Assembly: GCF_030684315.1 (NCBI RefSeq)
Contig: NC_081392.1
Location: forward strand, 806,001-870,000
DNA: 64,000 nt
Reading direction: 5' to 3'
Source: Stegostoma tigrinum
Lineage: Eukaryota
Numbering within the stretch: position 1 is the stretch's first letter; each line of letters begins with the position of its first letter. Both the position numbers and the translations under genes were made by a program. Shown one piece after another: positions 1 to 10,859 of this stretch. The notes under the pieces are model-generated. The model ran no database searches. It worked only from the letters and a program-made list of their open reading frames with translations, and was not told the origin of the DNA.

Positions 1-985
1 GTCTTGGGTTCAGACAAGCCCAAATCTACAAACCCCTCCATTCCTCTCATGTCCTTTCCCATCCTGAGTTTATAAGGAGTGTATCCTTGTTTAAGAACCT
101 CAGTACTCCTCAGTACATTAACACATGGGACAGAACAACCTGCCAAGTTGTCTTATGCCGCTGTACCATTTTGGGTATCATGTTTTTCAATGTCCGATTC
201 ATCCTTTCCACAATTCCACTTGACTGTGGTCTATACGGTATGTGGAATCTGTCTGATTCCAAAATGGGTCATTACATTTTGCACTACTTGGGTCGTAAAA
301 TGTGTTTCCCGGTCTGATTCTATGCTTCAGGGTGTACCCTAATGGGTGAACACCTTTTCTGACAGAATTTTTGTGGTAACTCTGGCTGTGTTTGTAGTCA
401 TTGGTAAAGCTTCCACCCCTTTAGTAAAGGTATCCACCATTGCGAAAATGCATTTGTATCCTTCTAGAGTTGGAGGTAGAGGTCCTATATAGTCTATATA
501 TGAACAAATCTATGGCCCTTCTATTGGTCTAGTACGTCAGAGGGCCCCCCTCTTAAAGTTCCTGATGGGGTTATGCTGTGCACAAATCAAACAGTTCATC
601 AGAGTGTTCCACCTCACCTTTCATTCCAGGTCACCGACATACTTCTATTAACTTATCCAAGGTATCCTCTGCCCCTTTATGCCCCCGTAAGTCATGGTAC
701 CAGTGAATTATTTGAGTTCATCCGCTCTCTAGAACCACAAATTTTCCTTCATATTAAACTACTTTGTGCTGGACATTGATCCCCTTGTGTGCTATTCAAG
801 TGTCTGATTCTGCTCTTTCTGTTGTTTTTTTTTCAATTCCCTGCCTTTGTTTTACTCCTCTGCTAAATTTGTTATTTCAAACTGTTTCTCCTTCTGGCCC
901 CGATTTCTTCATCTGGTGGCCACCAATCCTGTCCTTTCACAGCACCTTGTTTGGCTAACTCATCAGACCCCCTGTTCCCCCTGAG
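1..985 (-). mobile_element. Decayed retrovirus-like pol fragment (RNase H C-terminus followed by integrase), running off the left edge
   Basis: Manual minus-strand translation gives GNRGSDELAKQGA (~940-980, RNase H end motif), then NCLICAQHNP (integrase Zn finger CxxC), GP*ICSYIDYIGPLPPTLEGYKCIFAMVDTFTKGVEAFP and SIESDRETHFT (DDE core). It contains in-frame stops. Confidence 0.8.
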
Positions 986-989
986 TTAA

Positions 990-1340
990 ACTAATGGAGG
1001 CATGGATAAAATGGATAATTGGATTTTTTTTTCCCCAGGGCAGAAATGCCAATTATTTCAGGCGTAGGTTTAAGGTAAAATGGGGTAAGTTTAAAGGAGA
1101 TGTGAAGAGCATTTTTTTTACATCGAGGGTGATAAGTGCACAAATTTGCAGCCAGATGAAGTGGCAGTGGCAGACACAATAGCAATGTTTAAGAGTCACC
1201 TCGTCAGATATATGAATTGGCATGGAATAGATGGATATGGAATGCGTTGACGCAAAAGGTTTTTAGTTTATAAAGGCATCGTGCCATGCAGACTTGGCGA
1301 ACTGAAGTGTCTTTTCCTGTGCTGTACAGTTCTTTGTTCT
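990..1340 (+). mobile_element. CR1-type LINE 3' fragment
   Basis: Resembles the CR1 ORF2 C-terminus (…FKGDVKSIFFT.RV) and ends in the CR1-type tail gtgctgtacagttctttgttct, like the longer copy at 30917-33695. Confidence 0.7.
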
Positions 1341-2461
1341 TTATTTATCAAAGACGGGCTTCAGTTGCCCAAATGTGTGCAGTATTTCATTTAAATCTAT
1401 TCTGAACTTTGATTTGGATGGGGCGCAATGCAGATTATTCAGAATGTCTTTAGTGTGTAAACTGAGAACAAAGGTTCCATTCACGTAGGTTCCCTTTGAA
1501 TATAAAAGATACAGGGTTGAGCTGATCGAGTTTTCCACCATTGGTATTGGCAAATAAAATTGAGAAGAAATCTATTTCCACTGGCGTGATGGAGGCCAAA
1601 ACAAAGGACAAAATAATTTTAAACGGAGTGGAACTTTATTTCCCAAAGGCTGCAGCGGCTAGTCAAATCGACCCTGAGTCGTATGTGTTCGTAGATCTTA
1701 GTGTTAAATATATGAGTGGATAGGGAACAATGGATTTAAAGTTGAAGAACATCCTGATTTCAAAGCAAGCTTTGTGTACAATATAGTCACTTCCCGCTCC
1801 ATTTCAACATCTTCAAAATTGAAAATCCAGTAACTCTAGACCGAGGATTGAGTGGCTTCCTCCTATTTATGTGAGACAGGCTCAATGTGGGGCTGTGGCC
1901 TCCTTCTTTCCACTATCTCGGAGCTAAGGGTCTGAAGGTCCTTCGCCTGTTCGTGTCTCACATGCCTGCTGGACTGAGTGGACTCCTCTTGATCCTCTTC
2001 ATGTTTATTCTGAATGTATCCGATTTTCTGACCTTAGAACTCCCTCTGTTGTTCCTGCAGAGAAACAACAGGGTCGGTGAAAGAACCGAAGTCGTCGAAA
2101 AAAAGCAGAAAGTGCTGGTCTTCCGGTGAAAGGTCATACTAGAGTGGAAAAGTGAACTCCGTTTCTGTCTCCGCAGATGCTACCAAACCTACTGATTTTT
2201 TTTTGTTTTAATTCAGATCTAGAGTATTCGCAATTGATTGCTTGAATTTTTTTTATTTCCAGCGGATTACTTTTCAAATAGTCGCAAACTTTCAGACCTG
2301 ATATTATTCTTACAAATGTCTATGTAGGTTCCTTCATTGTCCGATCTCTCACTGTCGTACTAACGTGCAGCGCTAACCTAATCTTATAAGCAGGTATTCG
2401 ACGAAAAATACTGCAGCATCGCCTGGCTTTGCAGTTTATATCTGCTTCTTGCAGCCTCTGG

Positions 2462-2500
2462 GGTTTTTGTTGAACTGCTCCCTCTCTCCGAGTCACTGTG
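2462..2500 (-). other. 23-RSS of V1 (consensus)
   Basis: Minus strand reads CACAGTG (2500-2494), a 23-nt spacer (2493-2471) and ACAAAAACC (2470-2462). Both heptamer and nonamer are perfect. Confidence 0.97.
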
Positions 2501-2974
2501 AAACTCCACGCACAGTAATACACGGCGGAGTGATCAGCCCGGAGGCTGGGAGTCTTCAGGTTGACATCAGAGCCAGTCGCTCTCTTGGCGGTGAAACCGT
2601 CTGTCTTTTCCACTGGAGACTCGTTTTCCGCAGCTGCTGAATAAAACATCAGTTGCAGCTCCTTCCCCTGGTTTTGTCTGTACCAGAGCATGGTACCTGT
2701 ACTCTGCCCCTCCACCGTGCATTTCATTACGACTTGCCCTCCAAGTTTGGAGACAATTCGGGGATCCTGGCGAACAGTCGCGGAGTTCACGTCTGAGAAA
2801 GAAATCGAGAAAGAGATCACTAAACAGGGACAACCTCTTGATGGAGCACAGAAGGAAAGAAAATAGAAATAAATTACAAAGAAACAGATGATAAAGGATC
2901 GGTGATAACAAAAATCATTGCTTCAAAAATCACTCACATTGGAATACGATCATGACAATCAGCAACTGGTGCAT
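2501..2974 (-). CDS. TRBV: T-cell receptor beta V gene segment V1 (TRBV30-like), apparently functional; leader exon 2974-2938, V exon 2792-2501
   Basis: Leader MHQLLIVMIVFQ with GTGAGT donor and ttctcAG acceptor. Spliced V reads YVNSATVRQDP…MKC…WYRQNQGKELQLMFYS…LRADHSAVYYCAWS, with the conserved Cys, Trp and Cys of a V domain, directly followed by a 23-RSS. Confidence 0.93.
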
Positions 2975-3339
2975 CTCTAACTTCGATATTTTCTTGTAAC
3001 AGGAAAATAAACGAAGAAAATGGGTCAAGAGTTGCTGTGCATCAAATCATCTCCTTTGAAAGCAGTTAGGGAGAGACGAAGGGAGGGTCCGAGGAAATGG
3101 TACAAGTGCGAACATGTTCCTTCCTCCATGATGGGAAGCCACGCCCCCTGACTCCAAGACTTGTTTTAAAAGCGGAGCCGAGGGAATCTTGTGGCAAAAT
3201 GGTAGTACCCCTGCCTCTGTGCTAGAAGGCCTGGGTTCGAATTCCTCCTGCTCCAGAGTTAAGTAATAATGTTTTTAACAGATAGATTAGAAATATCTCA
3301 CTGTAGCTCGTAAGAACAAAAGGTTAGAAAAAGATCAGA

Positions 3340-3760
3340 GAGAGATGAAGTACGTGGGCAGAAGAGTGGCAGATACAGTTTAAAGTGGGTCAATCTCATT
3401 GAAACATATAGGACTCTTAACAGTAAATGCTGAGAGGGTGTTTGTCATTATGGTAAGTCCTAGGTGCAGTGGGCAGTCTCCCAATTTAACACTGTGATGA
3501 TGAAGAATTTTTTTCTCTCAAGGTTAGTGAGTCTTTTTCACTCCTTGCCACAGAGAGCTGAGGGGGCAGAGTTTATTGTGTACATTTAAGGCTCAGATAC
3601 ATAATTTCTTGATTGGGAGTACAATCAAGAGTTTCGAGAAAAACGCTGGAAAATGGACATGAGAAATGCCAGTCCAGCACAGATCTTATTGAATGTTGAA
3701 GCAGACCGAAGGGGCTGAATTGGCTGTTCCTACTCTTATTTCTTATGGTTTTATAATCTA
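3340..3760 (+). mobile_element. CR1-type LINE 3' fragment
   Basis: Degenerate ORF2 end plus the 3' UTR motif gaaggggctgaattggctgttcctactcttatttcttatgg. Confidence 0.6.
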
Positions 3761-6099
3761 GGGTCACCACTGTCGGCCACTTCAAAAGAGATTAGAATAT
3801 TTTCTAACTCGTAAGAAACCAGGAACTAGTGATTTTCATGTAATTAAATAGATTTAAAAACTTGAATTTTTACCTTTACTTAATGCGAGTTGAAATATAA
3901 AATGATGAAGGTCATACTTCCTGAGCAGAGTCCATCTGGAACATTTCTTTCTGTTCCATCTTAATACACCTGAGAATTAGGGTATTTTGTTTCTCTTAGA
4001 CGAAATACAAGCTACATTCACCAGGATAATTTTGGGACTTAAAAGTTTAAACCGTGAGTTTATATCAGTTTTCCTTAAGTATAGACAGTTGGGGATAATT
4101 GGATGAGGTTTTATTCGTCTCCCTCCGTGAAAAGAGTTGGAGGTCTGTAAAGGAAGAAAAGGAAAAAGCCAGAGTCAAATGCTCAATAACAAGAATTACT
4201 GTGTGCAAAATGATGAAATAAACTTTGGAGATTCGTCATTCGGGTCATTATTTATTAAAGAAAAGGTGAAAAATAGTAGCACAGAATCTTGGGACCGGAC
4301 AAGCCATTCTTTCCAAATTATTAAAGAAAGCCTGAAAATCATAATGCAAAGAGGTGTTTTGGATAAGCCTTTTGGCTAATCAAAGTTAATATAGCTGTTT
4401 GCAATTGTTCTTTGTGGACTGGAATTCATAGAACAGCGTGAAGGCAACCTTCTCTCTCAGTGGCATTTCTGTGCATTTTCTCAGTGTCTTTGGTTACTTG
4501 TTGTAGATGTCTTCTAGTCAAGATGCTATTGTGTACCACTGGTATTAGAAGTGGCACTTGAATCCCAGCCTCCTGTTATGAAGCTAAGGACACAATCAGT
4601 GCACCCTAAGAGCCTCAAATAATCTTTCATGGTAGGATACGCAGCCTTCTGTACTTTCAACTAACCTGTTCAGAGGTGCTATGACACAGCTCTAGGGCAG
4701 GTAATGTTGCAACCCTTATGGCTCAAAGATTGGGCCACTACCACTGTGCTACAAAAGCCCCCGAATTGTTCTGTTTAATCTTACTGTCGACTAAATACAT
4801 CTGTAATACCAATTAATTATTTCTGTATGGCTTCCTCCCGTTCTTGTGTAAAATATTACCGGGGTGACAGATTTCGCCTGCTCCTGGGCAAGAGGTTCAA
4901 TGCAAGGTACAGGGGATAGCTTTGACGAGCGCCCTCGAATTCTGTGTAGGAGGTTATAAAGTGCCTTAATGGCTTGTTGTTACTGTGTAATCGTCTCGAA
5001 TGGTGCACGATGGCGTTCGAAGATGCTGCTTGGCCCGCCGTGTTCATCCAGCTTCACACCGTGTTATCTCGGATTCTCCCGCATCTGCAGTTCCTATTAT
5101 TCCTGATCCTGTGTAAGTCTGAACTTGGGCTGAATGGATGAATGTTTTCCTCTGGTTCCTTTCGGACATTTTTCAGACATTGTGGAGTTACCTGGTTCCA
5201 GCGTTCCTTTATTGCTTGCCAGCCTATTATTAACATTTCCATTTTTCTATCTATATTTTCTTGATTCTTTCTTTCAGCCTTTCATTTTTTTTCCTTTGAT
5301 GATTAATCAAATCGTTTTGTAAATCCAACGTGTAATAAACGAATACGTAATACGAACTTTGCAATCTTGCTCTAATGTATTTTATCGAAATTCCGGATCT
5401 GTCTTAAAACACCCAACAGTAGTTCCGGGGCAAAGTGTACAGAGGACCGTGTACCCCAAAGACGTTCCGTCCCTTTTATTTCTGCAATAGCAGACGTGCG
5501 CTCCCCTCACCCAGCAGTCAGTCCTGACACGCCGCAATGATGTTGTTATTTCTTCTTCCTATTCTAAAATCATCGAATGCATATCGCAGGAAGAAGCCGG
5601 ACCTTTCCAAACCGTTCATGCTTTGCAATATCCCCATCCCAATATCACTTCATCAAGATGTCTCTCCTCCACATCTGGTTATCCAGCTTCCCCGGTAGCT
5701 CTGCTTTCATGACAATGAACTCTCTGGGTAAAGAATTTCACATTCTTACCATCCTCTGTCTAAAATCTGAATTCCCTGTGGAATTTCTTCTGCATTATCT
5801 TAAATTATTCCCTCGACGTTTGGACGCACCTAACAGTGTAAACGTTTTCCCTGTGTCCACCCACTCAACCATTTAATTCTCCTTGAAGTTTGTACTGGAT
5901 CACCTATAATGTTTGTCCAACCCATACACAGCATGCCCAAATCTTTCGTGATATTTATAAGTTCACTTTTCTTGTGCCACACTTGTTTACTGTTTCAATA
6001 CACCCCCTAATTAATCTTTAATTGGCAACAAAAGCTCCGGCAGATCGAACAAGGCGACGAGCAGCGTTATCCTTCAAAATTATTTTCTGCTGCCTTTGA

Positions 6100-6138
6100 G
6101 CTTTTTGTTGTTGAGCTCCATCTCTCTGAGCCACTGTG
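6100..6138 (-). other. 23-RSS of V2
   Basis: CACAGTG (6138-6132), 23-nt spacer, ACAAAAAGC (6108-6100). Confidence 0.95.
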
Positions 6139-6660
6139 AATACTCCAGGCGCAGTAATAAACAGCCGAATGATTCGCCTGCAGGCTAAGGGACTTTAGGA
6201 TAAACGTCGAGTCATTCGGTCGCTCGGCGGTGAAACCGTCAGCGGCCGCCTCTTCACTCACACTTGGTGCAAGCAACGAGTGAAACATCAGCTGCAGCTC
6301 CTTTCCTGGGGCTTGTCTGTACCAGTACATACGAAATTGTCCTGCTTCCTCCATCGTGCATTTTATTTCCGCACTCTCTCCATGAAGTTTGGAGTCTGCG
6401 GCCGGAGTCTGACGGATAGTTTGCGATTTCACACCTTTTGGGAACGCGAAGAAAGAGATCAGAAAATTCAGACACTCAGGACATGGAAGAGAAAGAATAT
6501 TGAATAAAGGGATCAATTCAGTTAAATATAGGGAAAAGGCAATGAAAAAGGGACCGGGAGTGAAGGTTAGCAAGTAGAAAGGTAACAAAATTCATGATAT
6601 TTTTTATTTATAAAAACCCTTACGGTGAAAACTGATGAACAGAGCGAGCAGCAGATACAT
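6139..6660 (-). CDS. TRBV: T-cell receptor beta V gene segment V2 (TRBV30-like), apparently functional; leader 6660-6624, V exon 6434-6139
   Basis: Leader MYLLLALFISFH with GTAAGG donor and cccaaaAG acceptor. V reads VKSQTIRQTP…IKCTMEEAGQFRMYWYRQAPGKELQLMFHS…ERPNDSTFILKSLSLQANHSAVYYCAWS, followed by a 23-RSS. Confidence 0.93.
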
Positions 6661-7589
6661 CTTGCACTGCATGTTCCCTTTTAAACAAACTTAATCATTG
6701 GTGAGACAACATTCAACACAGTGCTCCTCCCCTCAAGGTAATTGACAACCCAGCTCCTCCCCCCTCACAGACGGCAAGAACTGCAGATGATTACTGCCAG
6801 AGATAACACAGTATGGAGCTGGAGGAACACAGCAGGCCAGGCAGCGTCAGAGGAGCAGGAAAATTTCCTGCTTTCTCTAATCTCCAGGATGTAATGTTGA
6901 GTCTGATCAAACTGGGAAAATGCACCCCACAATACTTTATGTCCAGAAAATATTCCCTGTAACAGGAGGAATCCATAATATAGTGGAATAAACTTAAAAT
7001 TGGAGTTTAAAAGCATGGGGAGTGAAGTAATTAACAGATTCTGAGGAGCGTTTAACAAATTTGATGCTGAAAGTACGCCCGTCATGGGCTGGATTGAAGT
7101 AATCTCAAAACAGGTTTGACTGTTTGAAGACATGGTGAGAGAGGAGCTTCTCTCGAGGATCGTTTGGAAAGCACTTCAAAAGAGAGCAGGAGAAGCTTGA
7201 TCATTGAATGTGTTCAAGATCGAGAGGATTTTGCAGAACACGGGAGTCAAGGATGATTGGGGTTGGGATTTGCAGGGTGGGGGAACAGAAAGGGTACACC
7301 AACAGGCAGGAAATTGGAGATGAAGCCACCTTCAGATTGACCACAATCTCGGTGAATGACGAAGCAGTCTGCTGGAGGCGAATGGCGCACCGCTGCTGAT
7401 ATCTTCAAAGAATAATTCCCTCTGGTATCAGTGACGAGGTGATTTACTACTCCCTGCATAGACTGCATTCAGACTGGATTAGTATTTCTTCGAATTTGGA
7501 AGTTTCCGGTGTTGTCTGAAACAAGCGATTGTTTTGTAATGTGACGACATTGAAAAATACAAAATAAACGCGGTTAAATGTAGATACGA

Positions 7590-7814
7590 GATAATAAAAT
7601 GTGAGGCTGGATGAACACAGCAGGCCAAGCAGCATCTCAGGAGCACAAAAGCTGACGTTTCGGGCCTAGACCCTTCATCAGAGAGCTCTGATGAAGGGTC
7701 TAGGCCCGAAACGTCAGCTTTTGTGCTCCTGAGATGCTGCTTGGCCTGCTGTGTTCATCCAGCCTCACATTTTATTATCTTGGAATCTCCAGCATCTGCA
7801 GTTCCCATTATCTC
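7590..7814 (+). mobile_element. Palindromic Penelope-derived short insertion with 15-bp TSD
   Basis: TAAATGTAGATACGA at 7575-7589 and 7815-7829. Inverted arms 7589-7683 and 7686-7780, plus a 34-nt tail at 7781-7814. The sequence matches the terminal repeat of the Penelope copies at 14128 and 25012. Confidence 0.9.
7681..7722 (+). ncRNA. Minimal type-I hammerhead ribozyme motif (Penelope type); mirror copy on minus strand at 7654-7681
   Basis: gagagct-CTGATGA-A-GGGT(CTAG)GCCC-GAAA-CG-TC-agctttt. This gives the conserved CUGAUGA and GAAA boxes, a stem II hairpin, palindromic ACGU in place of stem III, and predicted cleavage after C7715. Confidence 0.75.
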
Positions 7815-8024
7815 TAAATGTAGATACGAAGCAGGTTGCCCTCTAATTTAATGACTGAACAGTTAAAAGACGATGAAGAGGATTCTCCACCGACTTAAAA
7901 TCAAGCTTCCTGGTATTCCTCTTTCCAAATTCAAGGGAAGCTGAAATATCCTCCTGTTGCTGAATGGCACTAAATGTCCTGTTCCTGCACCTATGTTGTA
8001 AATCATGGACCAAATACGGAATCA

Positions 8025-8165
8025 AAGACTGAAATTGTTGGGAAAACTCAGCAGGTCTGGCAGTATCTGTAGAGAGAAAGCAAAGTTAGCGTTTCAGATC
8101 CTGTGACCCTCCAGCAATTTCTGGTTTTGTTTCTGATTTGCAGCATTCAGTTTTTCGTGTTTTTT
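8025..8165. mobile_element. Short Penelope-terminal-repeat-like element (second family; related copies ~2100-2250, 10610-10850, 12640-12800, 17495-17575, 44845-44975, 55657-55748)
   Basis: Recurrent motif aaactcagcaggtctggcagcatctgtggagagaaa..gagttaacgtttcgggtcc..tgacccttcctcag. Its reverse complement gives CTGAGGAAGGGTCA…CCCGAAACGTT (hammerhead-like core, often decayed). Confidence 0.6.
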
Positions 8166-8198
8166 TGAGCCAAACATTGGGCTGTTTTCATGGCGTCA

Positions 8199-8214
8199 CA
8201 GCGCCCTCTGCTGC
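8199..8214 (-). promoter_or_regulatory. Candidate CTCF-binding site downstream of V3
   Basis: Minus strand GCAGCAGAGGGCGCTG is close to the vertebrate CTCF core CCASYAGRKGGCRS. Motif match only. Confidence 0.45.
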
Positions 8215-8457
8215 TTCTCTGGAGAAACGCAGAGTGAATAATATCCAAGCATTTGGACGATTATACTTCAACAACATTGTAGACTGCATTCCGGACCAAT
8301 CTCATTAATCCGTGTCTCAACTATTTCAGCTGTTGTCTCGCTTTTGTAGTAACTTATTTCAAATTATATTAAAATACGGCCCCTCTGCAGCAGAAAAAAA
8401 ACAGGATGCAGCTCTGCCTTATTCTCTCGAACACAGGTGTTTCCTGCAGTCTTTGGG

Positions 8458-8496
8458 GTTTTTGGTTGAGCTGGTCCCTCTCTCGCTGTCACTGTC
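8458..8496 (-). other. Defective 23-RSS of V3
   Basis: The heptamer reads GACAGTG (8496-8490), so the essential first C is lost. The nonamer reads ACCAAAAAC at a 23-nt spacer, or CCAAAAACC at 24 nt. Confidence 0.85.
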
Positions 8497-9111
8497 TTAC
8501 TCCAGGAGCAGTAATACGTGGCTGAGTGATCCGCTCGGAGGCTGGAAGAGTGCAGGTAGAACACAGGGTCACTCGGCCGCTTCGCGGTGAAACCGTCCAC
8601 AGGCTGGTCTGGATTAATGTGATCTGTGCCTGCAGAGTAGAACATAAATTGTGGCCCCTTCCTGGGGTCTTTTCTATACCAGTACATGTTAGGGTTATTA
8701 GTGCCCTGTACTGTGCAGTTCAGTTCCAGTTCATCCTCGGGAGAGCTGGAGACAACCACGGGACTCTGGTGGATAGTCTGAGAGTCTGCATCTGGAAAAG
8801 AGTAGAAAAACAAATGTGGGGAGTCTTTGTAAACTGGGACTCTCTGGGAAACGACAGAAAGAACGATTGTAACATAGGACAGAAGGAAAAATAGAATGAA
8901 AGAGGAAGACAGAAAGACATGCTTTGAATGGTTGAAAAATATAAAACAAGGTTATTAATTAGACCTCAGAGATAATAAGAACTGCGGATACTGGAGTCAG
9001 GGATAACAGTGTGGAGTTGGAGGAACACAGCAGGCCTTATTAATTAGGCCTATTATGTTTAAGAATTCACTTCCAGTAAAACAAGGTCATTAATCCCAAG
9101 AACAGATACAT
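8497..9111 (-). pseudogene. TRBV: T-cell receptor beta V segment V3 (TRBV30-like), open V exon but defective splice donor and RSS; leader 9111-9075, V exon 8791-8497
   Basis: V exon ADSQTIHQSP…LNCTVQGTNNPNMYWYRKDP…RPSDPVFYLHSSSLRADHSATYYCSWS is intact. Leader MYLFLGLMTLFY is followed by GGAAGTG instead of GTRAG. The heptamer is GACAGTG. A Penelope-repeat fragment sits in the intron (~8968-9036). Confidence 0.85.
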
Positions 9112-10859
9112 TATAAACTTAAAATATTTCGCTGAATATGCAGTGGACCATAAATATGAGTGTGAGTTCATCGGAGGTGCCAATCTGCACTTTAAATTAA
9201 TTGAGGTAAACCTGATGAGCTAAAGGAAGTGGTGTCAATGGACACGTCCCTCCGTCAGAATAAGGCCTCGACAATGCCTCTCATTTGATTCTCTCTGCTC
9301 TCCCTCTTTCTGATATTATAATCTGGGTGTTGCAGGCTGAAGTGATGGATAATGGTGATGGAGGTTCAAAGATCTTTCTGCACATGGCTTCAGAAATTTC
9401 TCTCCTGCATTCCATTGTTCCAGGTTGTACACATTTATTCAGGTTGGTAGACTGTGTTACTGTATATTCGACATACCTTTGTAAATCATCAATGGGGTAT
9501 CAACACCAAGCTGTTGCCCCAGGGACAGTGTTGTTCTTCACTGCACTGCAAATTCTCCCTCCTGATTCTGTACTCCTGTCAAACCAAAATAACAGGCACT
9601 GGTTTGTAGACATTTTAGAGCGCCCCTTTTGGCTGTTCGAAAAAAAGGCATCTAGTGTCGAAAAAAGTTACATTGCTTTCTTTTTTGTTCTGTTTCTTTC
9701 TGTTGTTCTTTATTTCTTCATTCACGTCTGTTTTCTCTAGTTTGTTATTTAATCATTTCCTTCATCCTATGCTTTGCCGTCTTTACCTTTTTGCCTTTGC
9801 CTTTGCCTGGTGCCAGCCAAGCAGACAGGTTTGTCCTGGATGGTGTCAAATTTTATGAGTGCTGTTGGAGCTGTATCCATCCAGGCAAGTGCACAGCATT
9901 CCATCACGCTCTTGACTTGTGCCTTGTAGGTGGTGGACAGGATTTGAGGAGTCAGGAAGTGGGGTACCTACTGATGGATGCCGACACGTTGGAAATAGAA
10001 ATGCGGAAGGATCTGTCAATCAACTGATTAACCACAGACCACGTGGACCGACTGCTAGGTCAGAGTTTTGCCATGGGGAATGCTGTTTCTGTCCTATCAA
10101 TCGGCAGCATCTTGCCATTCTGTATAAATTGGAGTTGCCTGACAAAGTTTGGTTTCTTACATTCAGTCCTGGTGAGTTCAGACAAGAGGAGTGAAATTCA
10201 TGACTCATTTCTAAAGAAACGCTTATATTGTCAAGAAATTAAAGTTGGCTTTCAATCACAAGGACGCTGGAACACGTTGTGCTTCAGTTGCACAAACATG
10301 TGGACTGACTCCATCCGAAACTGATTTAGATCTCGCTGACATGCAGATTCACTAATACGTTCCCTGAGTTATTTTACAGTTAAATTAATATGTTTTGATC
10401 TGTACACTTTTCTTCCATTCATTTGTACATAACAGATTCAATGGTGAGCTGAATGAGTTTTCGAATATACAGATCACAGAGAGAAACTATTTCCCCTGGT
10501 CTGAGGGCATCCAAAATAAAGGGATAAAATGTTCAACATAAAACCTCATAGTTCTTTGTTTGGTAAGTGAATAGTTGGATCAAGAGCGAAGGAATTAAGG
10601 ATAATGAACAAAATCATCAATTGCTGGGGAAGCTCAGCAGTTCTGGCAGCATCTAAGAAGAGAATTCAGAATTAACATTTCAGGTCTGGTGATCCTCCCT
10701 CAGGCAGTCCACTACCATCTTCCTCAGAAGGGTTGGAGATCCAACGCATTATCTGATTTCTGTTCACAAATGCTGCCAGGACTGCTGAGCTTTTCCAACG
10801 ACTATTGGTTTTGTTTCTGATTTACAGCATCCACAGTTGTTTCAGCTTTTATTAAGGAT

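Noticed and set aside
7590-7814. DNA-transposon MITE, CRISPR repeat or miRNA hairpin
   Set aside because: The asymmetric tail, variable 12-15 bp TSDs, variable fold-back point and identity to Penelope termini argue against a MITE or miRNA gene. The context is eukaryotic with no repeat-spacer array.
9285-9740. 151-aa ORF with hydrophobic C-terminus
   Set aside because: It overlaps an antisense LINE remnant and a T-rich tract, with no domain or splice evidence.
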